This document shows, in pieces, positions 8,625 through 17,362 of a stretch of 39,915 bases of DNA (position 1 is its first letter; every line of letters starts with the position of its first letter). The notes under the pieces are model-generated. The model was not told the DNA's origin and did not search any database. It saw nothing but the letters and a program-made list of their open reading frames with translations. The stretch comes from Candidatus Saccharimonadota bacterium (lineage in GTDB: Bacteria > Patescibacteriota > Saccharimonadia > CAILAD01 > BJGX01), in contig SICO01000001.1 of assembly GCA_009691435.1 (NCBI GenBank), forward strand, positions 1 through 39,915. Reading direction: 5' to 3'. The position numbers were made by a program, and so were the translations under genes.

Positions 8625-9518
8625 TTAATCTTCGCCTCGTATCTGGTTGGCGATTCTAGTTAGTTCTTCTTCGGAGTAGTACTCTATTATCAGCCTACCC
8701 CCATTGGCTTTCTTCTGCACCTTAACCTTAGTACCTAGCGCCTTGCCGATACTATCCGTTAAAGCATTAAATTCAGTGCGCATAGTAACTGCGTGGGCTG
8801 GCTTATGAGCTCCATCGCTTGATTTAAAGCGACGAGTCAGTTCCTCTGCCTCCCGAACCGTTAGCTTAGATTTAATAATAGTCTCTAGCAGTTGCGTTTG
8901 ATCTGCCTGGTCATCTAAGGAAAGAATGGCTCTGGCATGACCCTCCGAAATAGTACCCTTCTGCAGTGCCAATTTAGCTTGGTGCGGCAAGTTAAGTAAC
9001 CTTACAGAATTAGAAACGGTTGAAGGGCCCTTGCCGACCCGCTTAGCTATTGCATCGTGAGTTAAATTAAACTGATCGATAAGCTTGGTATAAGCAATTG
9101 CCACCTCAAGAGGGGTAAGATCGGCGCGCTGGATATTCTCAATCACAGCTAATTCTAATTGCTGTTGTTGGGAAAATGTTCGTACAATCGATGGAATCGA
9201 TGTTAAGCCGAGTTTTTTTACAGCCCTAAGCCTGCGCTCTCCAGCAACTAACTGGTACTTGCCTTGCTTAGTTTTAATAACAATAATTGGCTGTAACACA
9301 CCATGGAGCTTAATGCTGCTGGCTAACTCCTGTAACTGCGAGCTAGAGAATTCTGTTCTGGGCTGATGTGGATTGGGGGATATATCGGCAGGGTTTAGCT
9401 TTGCTATGATGCTCCCGTCAATCTTCAGCTCTGGCGGCAAACTATCTGCTATAAAATCATCAATATCCGTCGGTATCAAAGCATCAAGCCCCCGACCTAA
9501 TCTACTTTTTGAACTCAT
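8625..9518 (-). CDS. parB: Chromosome partitioning protein ParB/Spo0J
   Basis: LGRGLDALI, NPHQPR, LVAGERRLRA, IENIQRADL, HTH. Confidence 0.96.
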   Translation of the reverse strand: MSSKSRLGRGLDALIPTDIDDFIADSLPPELKIDGSIIAKLNPADISPNPHQPRTEFSSSQLQELASSIKLHGVLQPIIVIKTKQGKYQLVAGERRLRAVKKLGLTSIPSIVRTFSQQQQLELAVIENIQRADLTPLEVAIAYTKLIDQFNLTHDAIAKRVGKGPSTVSNSVRLLNLPHQAKLALQKGTISEGHARAILSLDDQADQTQLLETIIKSKLTVREAEELTRRFKSSDGAHKPAHAVTMRTEFNALTDSIGKALGTKVKVQKKANGGRLIIEYYSEEELTRIANQIRGED

Positions 9519-10285
9519 ATTGCTAACCTCTTTTCTACTTCTCGGGCTAATTTCTTGTAAGCCTGCGCTCCTTTAGAAAACCTATCATACTCAAAGATTG
9601 GTTTGCCGTGGCTTGGAGCTTCAGCTAATCGTATATTGCGCGGTATAATAGTGTCAAATATTTTAGCTGGAAAATGTTTTTTGAGCTCCACTAGCACCTG
9701 CTCGCCAAGAGTTGTCCTGCGATTATGCATAGTTACAACGAGACCTAATAGTTCTAGGGTTTGATTCAAGCTAACCCTAACGCGCTTAATTGTTTCTAAT
9801 AATTCCGAAAGCCCCTCTAGGGCATAGTACTCACTCTGGACTGGAATTAAAATAGATTTACTAGCTACAAAGGCGTTGATTGTTAAAAGCCCAAGTGATG
9901 GCGGGCAATCTATGATAATTACTTCATACTCTAACTGTGCCAGAGAGTTTTTAAGAATTTTTTCTCTACCCTGGGTGGCAGAGATCTCAACTTCTGCAGC
10001 TGCTAGTTCTGGCTTAGATGGCAAGATATCCAAATTATCTACCTTGGTTTTTACAATCACATCCAGAGCTGAGGTCTTATCAACCATCACATTATAAATA
10101 CTCAATTTAAGTTTATGCTTATCAAGAGCTAGGCCGCTCGTAGAGTTGCCTTGGGGGTCCAAATCAACCAAAAGTACCTTATGCCCAAATTTTGCCAAAT
10201 AAGCAGCAAGGCTGATAGCTGTAGTGGTTTTTCCGACGCCGCCTTTTTGATTAGCAACTGACATAATTTTGCTGACATCTGACAT
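9515..10285 (-). CDS. parA: Chromosome partitioning ATPase ParA/Soj
   Basis: NQKGGVGKTT, DLDPQGN, IDCPPSLG, IPRNIRLAEAPSHG. Confidence 0.96.
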   Translation of the reverse strand: MSDVSKIMSVANQKGGVGKTTTAISLAAYLAKFGHKVLLVDLDPQGNSTSGLALDKHKLKLSIYNVMVDKTSALDVIVKTKVDNLDILPSKPELAAAEVEISATQGREKILKNSLAQLEYEVIIIDCPPSLGLLTINAFVASKSILIPVQSEYYALEGLSELLETIKRVRVSLNQTLELLGLVVTMHNRRTTLGEQVLVELKKHFPAKIFDTIIPRNIRLAEAPSHGKPIFEYDRFSKGAQAYKKLAREVEKRLAI

Positions 10286-10325
10286 ATTAACTAATTATAG
10301 CAAGCTTTCATGATTTAATAGAGGG

Positions 10326-10355
10326 TTTACAGGGTAGATACTTTCGTGCTATAAT
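10326..10355 (+). promoter_or_regulatory. Sigma70 promoter of rplU
   Basis: TTTACA-N18-TATAAT with TG extension. Confidence 0.6.
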
Positions 10356-10397
10356 TTTTAATCGTCTAAAAACCAACCAAAGAAAGGGAAACTAGCA

Positions 10398-10709
10398 GTG
10401 ATAGCGGTAATAGAATCAGGTTCAAAGCAATATATGGTAGAAAAAGGTCATCAAATCAAGACCGAATTATTACATTCCGATCAAGAGGAAGTTGAATTTA
10501 GACCTCTAATTATTATCGATGGGGATAATATTCAAATTGGTAAACCAAAGCTTGAGGGAGCTACGGTAAAAGCCAAAATTATATCAGCAGATATCAAAGC
10601 CGATAAAGTTAAGATCCTAAAATATAAAGCAAAGAAGCGCCAGAAAACACTAACTGGCCACAGACAGCGCCACACGATACTAGAAATCACGGCCATAAAA
10701 ACAAAATAG
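10398..10709 (+). CDS. rplU: 50S ribosomal protein L21
   Basis: AVIESGSKQYMV...IGKP...GHRQRHT; GTG start with AAGGGA SD. Confidence 0.95.
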   Translation: MIAVIESGSKQYMVEKGHQIKTELLHSDQEEVEFRPLIIIDGDNIQIGKPKLEGATVKAKIISADIKADKVKILKYKAKKRQKTLTGHRQRHTILEITAIKTK

Positions 10710-10722
10710 TAAATTAATTTTT

Positions 10723-10767
10723 AAACACCTTTGAGAGTTTTTTAATCAAAATAAAAAGGTGTTTTTT
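10723..10767. terminator. Probable terminator between convergent rplU and lipase genes
   Basis: AAACACCTTT...AAAGGTGTTT stem followed by a T run. Confidence 0.55.
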
Positions 10768-12191
10768 TATTTACAATTATTACTAACTGGCTTCGATGAC
10801 AAGATATTTTGCATCCAACTTATAGTGTCCTTAAAGCTAGCGTTCATTACCTGATAATGATCTACTCTGCCAGACTGGTTGTAGCCTTGAATGGCGTATG
10901 GGCTTGTATCGTACTTTTTAAAAGTTACCGCGTTGCCACTGGCACACATCCTTTCTAGGCCGTGCTGGCTCTGCGAAAGCAATATAACATCATCATGGAT
11001 ACCATGGTTAATAAGTTTCGGCCTGTCGGTTTTTTTACTTCCAACAATATTCTTTACCAAATCTGCAGAGAGCCCAGCGTAGGCAGCATCAGCCGCAATA
11101 TTTAAATTTTTGGCTACCCTGATAAATTCAGGAGTATAAACTTGATTTGATCGATTATCTCCTATGTTATTGGGCCAAGTTTTATTAAACATATCTAGGC
11201 AGATAGCCTGCGAACCTGTCTGGTAGGTTTTAGCCCATTTGGGCAGCAGAATCTTATCTACAGGATAGGTGGCCTTATACCAATCGCCATAACTAGTTAG
11301 AATTAAAGGACCAAACCAGTTAATATTAGCTCCGTTAGTGGCATCATCTAGCGTCTCCTCGACGCTAGTAACTGGCCCAAACCCGATTGCTGCTTTTAGG
11401 TTGATTTCAGGAGCATAGTCATCTTTAATTTGATCGGCCCAATATGCCCCGTGCCCGCCCTCGGAATACCCAGCGCTAAAAACTTTTGTATCATCAATTT
11501 GGTCTTTAGAGAGAGCAAGATTTTTAAGCGAACGGATACTGTCCAAAACTGCCTTGCCAGCTAGTTCCCCCACCATATAATGATGAAGTCTAGTGGCGTC
11601 GCGCATACCCTCGTAATCAATAGCTACCACGACGTAGCCTTGACTGGCATATGCCATCAGCAAGCTATCATAATTACCCCAATCGTTTTTTGCAGGGTCC
11701 TCAAGCGAAGCACTACAGCTATCGCCAACTCCGGTAGTACCTGGCGCGAACGCTAACACTGGTTTTTTATTAGCGCCTGCAGGGACATAAACCCTGGCAT
11801 AAATTGGCACATTATCACTTTGGCCATCTGAACTGTTAAAGACAAATGTCTGCTTAGTAACTTCGGTAGTAATAGGGCTATCAAAGTGCTTATTAGTTTG
11901 AACCACTAAGCGTTGCACGGCATCTGCAGAGAATACCCCGACAGGTTCTTCGCTAATTATTTTACCGGTTTTAATGACACGGTTGACGTGCTCTTTAATG
12001 CTCACAACGTTAGGAACCTGCTTAGGCTTTGATCTAGGTAAAACATAGTAAAAATACCCAGCCAACAATGCAACAAAAATAAGCTCAACAATTAGGATTA
12101 CCCATAAGGCACGCGCTACCAGTCTTCGGTTCTTCTCTAGTCTTGAAATTGGTTTGCGGGTTTTTCTCATGCAACTATCCAAATCTACCAA
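10767..12191 (-). CDS. Membrane-anchored secretory lipase / alpha-beta hydrolase (LIP-like); true start possibly ATG at 12170
   Basis: N-terminal basic patch plus TM; PGTTGVGDSC, GYVVVAIDYEG, nucleophile elbow GYSEGG, HGIHDDVI, C-terminal DH. Confidence 0.85.
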   Translation of the reverse strand: MVDLDSCMRKTRKPISRLEKNRRLVARALWVILIVELIFVALLAGYFYYVLPRSKPKQVPNVVSIKEHVNRVIKTGKIISEEPVGVFSADAVQRLVVQTNKHFDSPITTEVTKQTFVFNSSDGQSDNVPIYARVYVPAGANKKPVLAFAPGTTGVGDSCSASLEDPAKNDWGNYDSLLMAYASQGYVVVAIDYEGMRDATRLHHYMVGELAGKAVLDSIRSLKNLALSKDQIDDTKVFSAGYSEGGHGAYWADQIKDDYAPEINLKAAIGFGPVTSVEETLDDATNGANINWFGPLILTSYGDWYKATYPVDKILLPKWAKTYQTGSQAICLDMFNKTWPNNIGDNRSNQVYTPEFIRVAKNLNIAADAAYAGLSADLVKNIVGSKKTDRPKLINHGIHDDVILLSQSQHGLERMCASGNAVTFKKYDTSPYAIQGYNQSGRVDHYQVMNASFKDTISWMQNILSSKPVSNNCK

Positions 12192-12202
12192 TCGGCATTA
12201 AC

Positions 12203-13120
12203 TTAAGCGCTCTCTAGATACCTCTCTACCTCAAGTGCAGCCCTACATCCATCGCCTGCTGCTGTAACCGCCTGGCGATAAAGTGGGTCAGCAACATCAC
12301 CTGCCGCAAAAACTCCATCAATAGCAGTTTTAACATTATCCTGAACTACTAAGTACCCAGTTTTATCCATCTCTAGGGACCCCTTAAATAAACCAGTAGC
12401 CGGGGTGTGCCCAACTGCTACAAAGAACCCCTGGCAGGCTACTTTTTGAGTTTTACCGGTTTTAATATTTTTGAGCTTCACGCCCTCAACTTTATCTTTT
12501 CCTAAAACCTCTAGAATTTCCGAGTCCCATATCACTTCAATCTTATTATTCTTGAGTACTCTTTCTTGCATTATCTTGCTAGCCCTAAATTTATCTCGGC
12601 GGTGAATGAGCGTAACTTTACTAGCTAATTTGGCCAGCGTTAGTGACTCTTCCATGGCACTATCACCGCCGCCAACCACCACTACCTCTTGATCCTTGAA
12701 AAAGAATCCATCACAGGTGGCACAGGATGATACGCCTTGCCCCATTAATTTTTGTTCACTATCTAACCCTAACCAATTGGCGCTAGCGCCAGTAGCTATA
12801 ATGATAGTTTTGGTCAAATACTCCTGTTTGCCAATTAGTAACTTCTTGGGCTGACCACCTAGTTCTACTTTGGTCGCAAATTCTTGGATAATTTCTACCC
12901 CAAACCTTTTAGCCTGGGCTTTCATCTCATCCATTAGCTGGGGGCCCAGTATACCATCTTTAAACCCTGGAAAATTTTCAACATCACTGGTTAGTAACAA
13001 TTGCCCGCCAGGAGTAGTTCCGACTACCATTAGTACTTTAATGTTCGCTCTGGCAGCATAAATAGCTGCCGTGTAGCCAGCTGGGCCAGCCCCAATAATT
13101 ATTAAGTCGTATGTTTGCAT
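12203..13120 (-). CDS. trxB: Thioredoxin-disulfide reductase
   Basis: GAGPAG, GVSSCATCDG, GGGDSA, HRRDKFRA, FAAGDV; ATG at 13120 preferred over TTG at 13123. Confidence 0.96.
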   Translation of the reverse strand: MQTYDLIIIGAGPAGYTAAIYAARANIKVLMVVGTTPGGQLLLTSDVENFPGFKDGILGPQLMDEMKAQAKRFGVEIIQEFATKVELGGQPKKLLIGKQEYLTKTIIIATGASANWLGLDSEQKLMGQGVSSCATCDGFFFKDQEVVVVGGGDSAMEESLTLAKLASKVTLIHRRDKFRASKIMQERVLKNNKIEVIWDSEILEVLGKDKVEGVKLKNIKTGKTQKVACQGFFVAVGHTPATGLFKGSLEMDKTGYLVVQDNVKTAIDGVFAAGDVADPLYRQAVTAAGDGCRAALEVERYLESA

Positions 13121-13127
13121 CAATTAA

Positions 13128-14354
13128 TTATAACAGATTAAATAAGTCTATTGTTTGTGTCGCTAGTAATGTCATGCTAAATAACAACCCTAAGATTGGC
13201 ACTACTAGTGGTACGCTAAAAATTGGACGTTGCAGCCGGCGGTGTTTTATCTTCCAATATATTAAAGATAAGTTAACTATCGCAAAAACAATTAAAATTA
13301 AATAGCTAGTAGTAGCTGCCAGAGCCGTAAGATTAAAAAATATTGCTAATAGCGAGGAGGCTATGACCATTACTATAATAGCTAGCGAAGGAGTTTGGCG
13401 ACGTTCGTGGACAATAGCTAAGCGTTTGTGTATCCAGCCAACTTCGGCCATGCCATATAGTAATCTCGAGCCACTAATTAGGTGAGCTAGCACCCCTCCG
13501 GCCGTGGCGGTTAAGGCGATTATAGTAATAATCCATGCCGGAGAATTAGTAATTTTATTAAAAACTAAACTAAGTGGTGCCGTAGATGCCTGCAGCTGTT
13601 CGGTGGGGATAGTGTTAGTAGCGACAATTGCTATTAATATATACAAAACCGTTGCAATCGTCATGGCTGAGACTATAGCCATTGGCATTGTAAAGCGAGG
13701 GTTTTTTGTTTCCTCCGATAAATGGACCATATCCTCAATACCAATATAGGCATAAAAAGCTAGGAATGCTCCGGAGAGTAGTCCAGTCATACCAACGGCC
13801 CGGATATCTATCATCGCGCTGGGGTTAGCAAATGCTACGCCCAAAGTCTCCTTGCCAAACCAAATGATGGCTATCAAGCCAGCAATTTCTATTAATGTAT
13901 GTACGGCCGCAAATACTAGAGATTCTTTCACCCCCCATGAGGCAATGAAACCAAGAACTAGTATTATTAATGTTGAGCCAATAGGCATTATTATCCCCGT
14001 TGAACTAAAAGCATAACCACCAAAGGCTCTGGCTAAGGTGGCGGCCGATACTATGGTAGCAACCATCATTAATAACCCAACTGCCATTGAGACTGACTTT
14101 CTTTTAAAGGCCCGATGCACATAAGCAGATACTCCCTCGCTATAAGGGTGGAGGCTAGATAATTCAGCGAAAGAGAGGGCGCTAAATGAAGCTATCAACA
14201 TAGATAGTAAAAAAGCCAAGGGGGTAGCCATGCCAGCCTCACCTGCTACCTTGCCAATCAGGGCGTATATCCCGGCACCGACAATATTGCCTAGGCCATA
14301 AATGGTTACTAAAAATATACCGAGTGTACGCCTGAGCTTGTGCCGGCGAGCCAT
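13128..14354 (-). CDS. APC superfamily amino acid permease
   Basis: GNIVGAGIY (TM1), FAELSS, FYAYIGIE...SEETKNP (TM6), SRLLYGMA; about 12 TMs. Confidence 0.93.
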   Translation of the reverse strand: MARRHKLRRTLGIFLVTIYGLGNIVGAGIYALIGKVAGEAGMATPLAFLLSMLIASFSALSFAELSSLHPYSEGVSAYVHRAFKRKSVSMAVGLLMMVATIVSAATLARAFGGYAFSSTGIIMPIGSTLIILVLGFIASWGVKESLVFAAVHTLIEIAGLIAIIWFGKETLGVAFANPSAMIDIRAVGMTGLLSGAFLAFYAYIGIEDMVHLSEETKNPRFTMPMAIVSAMTIATVLYILIAIVATNTIPTEQLQASTAPLSLVFNKITNSPAWIITIIALTATAGGVLAHLISGSRLLYGMAEVGWIHKRLAIVHERRQTPSLAIIVMVIASSLLAIFFNLTALAATTSYLILIVFAIVNLSLIYWKIKHRRLQRPIFSVPLVVPILGLLFSMTLLATQTIDLFNLL

Positions 14355-14357
14355 TTT

Positions 14358-15149
14358 TTAAGGCCTAAGAGTCCCGGCGAAGACCTGCCACGCCAAGGCT
14401 GTCTTGGCTACCAGACTCAGAATAATATAGACTCGCTCGCCGTAGAGATAGTTTTTCCAGGGTCCCCACTTTTTGTACTGCAAGAACATATTGATAGCAA
14501 AACAATTGAAGAATAAAAAGATGGTAACAAATATCCAATAAACGAAGGCTGGTATTTTGGCGCTAGAGGTTGAGCTAGAGGCGCTGGCCCAAAAATAAAT
14601 TGCGATGCATATCCAGGGCACGATACCTGCGATGCAACCCACGATGTAACTAATCCATTTTGTTTTTTCGGTAGTTTGATTATGGATTTCCATTATTAGG
14701 CCACAGAGGTTCATGACCATTACGAGTGCGAATAAACAAATTAGGCTGACCAGGTCGTAAATACCCGTCAGTAATGCAATCGCTACAATCATGATGCTAG
14801 CCGAAAAGCTGTATTCTATCCAGCGAGCTCGGTTCATACCAAGCTTGAGGTCTTTTTTGTAGCGGTGGAAGTAGATAGTAGAAATTATCAGGTGAGCCAA
14901 CATACAAATTACCAAGAACGCCAGAATCGGCCAAACCAAGGGGAGCTGGTAGATAGACTTGGTGGCGGAGTCGAGGCTTTCGGTGCTAGTGTTAAATGTC
15001 AGGTAGCTGACATTAATCGGAAACTTAACCTTGGCGTTGGCAATCATAAACATCACCGCCACTTGAATTGCAAAGAACACGAACATAAATATATTAAATT
15101 TTCGTAAGCCTTCGACTGTTATTTTTTTCTTGGCCACTTGACTTCTCAC
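14358..15149 (-). CDS. Heliorhodopsin (HeR)
   Basis: Basic N-terminus LRKFN, beta-hairpin loop after TM1, RWIEYSFSAS (counterion Glu), QYKKWGPW, YGERVYIILSLVAK (retinal-binding Lys) followed by LAWQVF; seven TMs. Confidence 0.95.
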   Translation of the reverse strand: MRSQVAKKKITVEGLRKFNIFMFVFFAIQVAVMFMIANAKVKFPINVSYLTFNTSTESLDSATKSIYQLPLVWPILAFLVICMLAHLIISTIYFHRYKKDLKLGMNRARWIEYSFSASIMIVAIALLTGIYDLVSLICLFALVMVMNLCGLIMEIHNQTTEKTKWISYIVGCIAGIVPWICIAIYFWASASSSTSSAKIPAFVYWIFVTIFLFFNCFAINMFLQYKKWGPWKNYLYGERVYIILSLVAKTALAWQVFAGTLRP

Positions 15150-15205
15150 CCTTCTGTAAAATTAATTAATTCTTAAAGCTTATGCTTATAATTATAAATT
15201 AAAAA

Positions 15206-15688
15206 TTAGGCCGAAGCAATTTTGATGTAGTTTATGTTGTCGCAAATATAGTAGGCCAGTATTTTAAAGCTATTAAGCTTGGGAAGCTTAAATTTTTTAG
15301 CAATTGCTACAAGGTCCTCAAAGCTCGTGCCGCTGGTGTCTACTAGCGTAAAAACTAGTACGGTCGGCACGCTATAGTGCCTAAGGTGCGTAAAGAGTTT
15401 GTTCGCAAAAAATATTTCGATTTGATTTAAGCGTTCGTCGTGAGGCAAGTTGGCAGGCAAAGATAGCCGGCACAGCTGGGGGTTATAAACACACTGCACC
15501 GAGGCTTGGTCGTCTGAGATTATAACGCTGTCAAAACCCAACAACTCTCCGCCCTTAGCGTAGATCATATCTGGGTTCTCGGCATACGACTGAAAAACCC
15601 AGCCATGATACTCTGGGCATACTTGCAGAAACTTCTCAATGAGCTCCCTCTCGCGATGTTTTTTTATTTTGTCATATGGTAAATTCAT
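15206..15688 (-). CDS. Hypothetical protein, possible degenerate PD-(D/E)xK nuclease fold
   Basis: E..LIEKF...ENPDMIY..GGELLGFDSV resembles the E-PD...GxE pattern; catalytic Lys not evident. Confidence 0.55.
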   Translation of the reverse strand: MNLPYDKIKKHRERELIEKFLQVCPEYHGWVFQSYAENPDMIYAKGGELLGFDSVIISDDQASVQCVYNPQLCRLSLPANLPHDERLNQIEIFFANKLFTHLRHYSVPTVLVFTLVDTSGTSFEDLVAIAKKFKLPKLNSFKILAYYICDNINYIKIASA

Positions 15689-15704
15689 AATTTATACATT
15701 CTAA

Positions 15705-16235
15705 TTACTTTGTAGTCCCAGAGCAAGTTTTTGGTGACCATAAACCTACTTCGCCCTCCCGAGCTCTGAGCTCTGCTTGCTTAAAATCATTTTGATATTT
15801 ATAAGCTTGGGATCGATAGGTATATTCATGAGCATATCCCTCCTCAATAAGCGATAGATTAATAAGCTTGCCCTGCTCCCAAACATAGGCGAGCAAACGA
15901 TTATATTTATCACGCTCACCAACTACTGGATCAAACTCAAGGCTAATCCTTTTGCCGGTTAGGAGCTCTTTGGTTTTTTGTGAAGCCTCCTTGCCAAAAC
16001 ACTGCACGGGCTTGCGAGGATCAATAGTTTCGGGGGTATCAATGCCAATAAAACGAACCTTCTCAAGTTTACCGTAGCGAAATATCTGGAGTGTGTCTCC
16101 GTCGTCAACTTTCTTGACCTCATAGACTTCTTGGCCTGGGGCTTCAGAAGCACTAGTATCCGGCTTGTTCATACCCACGGCTAAACCTGCCAAAAGAAGT
16201 AATACCCCGACATATAGTATTTTTTTAGTTCGCAT
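15705..16235 (-). CDS. Secreted thermonuclease (SNase family)
   Basis: Signal/TM; VDDGDT, VRFIGIDTPE, DKYNRLLAYV, GLW. Confidence 0.95.
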   Translation of the reverse strand: MRTKKILYVGVLLLLAGLAVGMNKPDTSASEAPGQEVYEVKKVDDGDTLQIFRYGKLEKVRFIGIDTPETIDPRKPVQCFGKEASQKTKELLTGKRISLEFDPVVGERDKYNRLLAYVWEQGKLINLSLIEEGYAHEYTYRSQAYKYQNDFKQAELRAREGEVGLWSPKTCSGTTK

Positions 16236-17362
16236 TATACTAGCTCCGAGTCCCTGAGCTCACGACCTCGTCTTCTAAAATAAACACTCTCCACTAAGCC
16301 GACAGCAAATAAACTCACCATTAAGCTGGTTCCACCGGCTGATATGAATGGTAGTGGTATGCCTGTAACCGGCATAATGCCGAGATTCATTCCGATATTG
16401 ACAAAAACATGCACCACAAACATTGTGGCGATGCCAATACAAAGTAAGCTACCAAAGCGGTCGCTGCTGAAGGTGGCATCGACTATCGTTCGCGCTATTA
16501 CTGCCACGAACAGCAGTATGCAAACCAGAGCACCCAAAAAGCCGAGTTTTTCTGCTAGTACCGCAAACACAAAGTCGGTGTGTGAACTTGGCAAAAAATT
16601 GCCTTGGCTCTGGCTACCCGATCCCAGGCCTTGTCCGTATAGACCACCCGAGCCGACTGCTATGATTGCCTGATTGACATTATAGCCAGCCCCGCTAGGG
16701 TCCGTACTCGGCTGTAGAAATGTATTAATACGCTCTTTCTGGTAGCTCTGAAGCGTTGGGTATAGAATCGGCATCATGACTAACAATAAAAGTAGCAGGC
16801 CAAGAATATATTTCTTTTTAACTTTTGTGGATAGTGTCATAGCCAACCAAATAAACCCTAGGGCAATAGCGGTACCTAAGTCTGGCTGGGCCAGAACTAA
16901 GAAGATTACAGGTAGTGTATAGACTAATGATTTTACTAAAAATCTTAATTGATCAGTGAAATCAAAGTTTTGAGAATAAAACTTGGCAAGCACTATTATC
17001 AGGATGAGCTTAGCAAGCTCCGATGGCTGGAATTGAAATGGGCCAAGTGCTATCCAGCGTGTCGCCCCCAATCTTGTTGCGCCAAACAGTTCAACAGCCA
17101 GGAGTGTAGCTATCATAAAAAAGTATAAAACACCGCTATAGTTCCTTAATACCCTATAGTCATTCCTGGCGGCGAGGACAAGTAGTAAAAAGCCAATTAA
17201 GGCATAGACAATTTGCCTGGTGCTATCTAGTTGGTTGGAAACCTGCTTGGCCTTAATACCTAGCGAGTACAGTACTATTAAGCCTAACACTACGAGCAGA
17301 GTGGAAGCGGCCAATAATAGATTATCAAAATTACCAATCTGCCAAACTGATTTAGGCTTCAT
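16235..17362 (-). CDS. rodA: SEDS family peptidoglycan polymerase, probably RodA
   Basis: GATRWI, FQPSELAK, QPDLGT, YQKERI, HTDFVF, TGIPLPFISAGG. Confidence 0.85.
   Translation of the reverse strand: MKPKSVWQIGNFDNLLLAASTLLVVLGLIVLYSLGIKAKQVSNQLDSTRQIVYALIGFLLLVLAARNDYRVLRNYSGVLYFFMIATLLAVELFGATRLGATRWIALGPFQFQPSELAKLILIIVLAKFYSQNFDFTDQLRFLVKSLVYTLPVIFLVLAQPDLGTAIALGFIWLAMTLSTKVKKKYILGLLLLLLVMMPILYPTLQSYQKERINTFLQPSTDPSGAGYNVNQAIIAVGSGGLYGQGLGSGSQSQGNFLPSSHTDFVFAVLAEKLGFLGALVCILLFVAVIARTIVDATFSSDRFGSLLCIGIATMFVVHVFVNIGMNLGIMPVTGIPLPFISAGGTSLMVSLFAVGLVESVYFRRRGRELRDSELV

Noticed and set aside
8625..10397. Possible parS sites or oriC near parAB
   Set aside because: I saw no full GTTTCAC-GTGAAAC palindrome or DnaA-box cluster, only a half-site near position 11-18 inside a CDS.
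14358..15149. Type-1 proton-pumping rhodopsin
   Set aside because: It lacks the DTD/DTE-type helix C and DxxxK motifs, and has the HeR signatures RWxEY and SLVAK.
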